Assembly: GCA_026025075.1 (NCBI GenBank)
Contig: JAPEUI010000004.1
Span: forward strand, 186,001 to 250,000
DNA: 64,000 nt
Source: Vezdaea acicularis
Taxonomy: Eukaryota
Direction of reading: 5' to 3'
This document shows positions 63,702 to 64,000 of this stretch, one piece after another. Position 1 is the first letter of the stretch, and every line of letters starts with the position of its first letter. The position numbers and the translations under genes were made by a program. A model generated the notes under the pieces. It made no database searches. It worked only from the letters and a program-made list of their open reading frames with translations, and was not told the DNA's origin.

Positions 63702-64000
63702 CAGAATATTCCTTGGAGACCAAGAATTGGGGATAGCTTTGTAATTGAAGTCGTTGAAGATTGTCTGCGAATGGGAGCCTTGCGGCATTTGCAACTAATG
63801 GTGAATGCTATGAGGTTGTCATTCAAATAGGTAGGCCAATGATGAATGCGTAGGTTTTGCTAACCTAGATGTATGCTTATTCCTCCCCCACTTGCGAAAC
63901 GACAGTCTTGCTTTCCTCTAACCTCCGAGCCCGTCTGTCTAGCCGTCGCTTCCTCAATCTTTCTAATTCAGAAACTATGTCCTCCTTTTCAAATGGAATC

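Overview
Gene-dense, intron-rich chromosomal segment of a filamentous ascomycete (Pezizomycotina-type GT-AG introns with CTRAY branch points). It carries about 24 conserved host genes: AZF1, FLX1, HSH49, eL28, MDH, TRS33, SIZ1, GPI7, RMP1, mei2-like, SEC15, HAP5, FCF2, PNP1, RSM10, MSW1, Rab18-like, RPS1, urg1, ELF1, FUR1, a TACO1/YebC-like gene and others. There are two repeat islands. The first is an AT-rich, transition-riddled relic at about 16.9-19.6 kb with a solo LTR. The second is a very young 8053-bp Ty3/Gypsy chromovirus (31081-39133; identical 265-bp LTRs, TCTGC TSD) nested in a TA-flanked, non-coding TIR element. The main find is that this retrotransposon carries a hand-reconstructed 4-exon antisense gene (508 aa; Cys6 zinc-cluster-like N-terminus, basic and acidic C-terminus), together with 11-bp-phased CTGCG motifs and a Tf1-type self-priming PBS. 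Other signals: a stop-codon-spanning intron that would give MDH an SKL peroxisomal tail, a 20-bp stem closing a long MDH intron, and an snR63/U46-like C/D snoRNA in an FCF2 intron. All gene models were read by eye without alignment tools, so some starts and exon edges are approximate.
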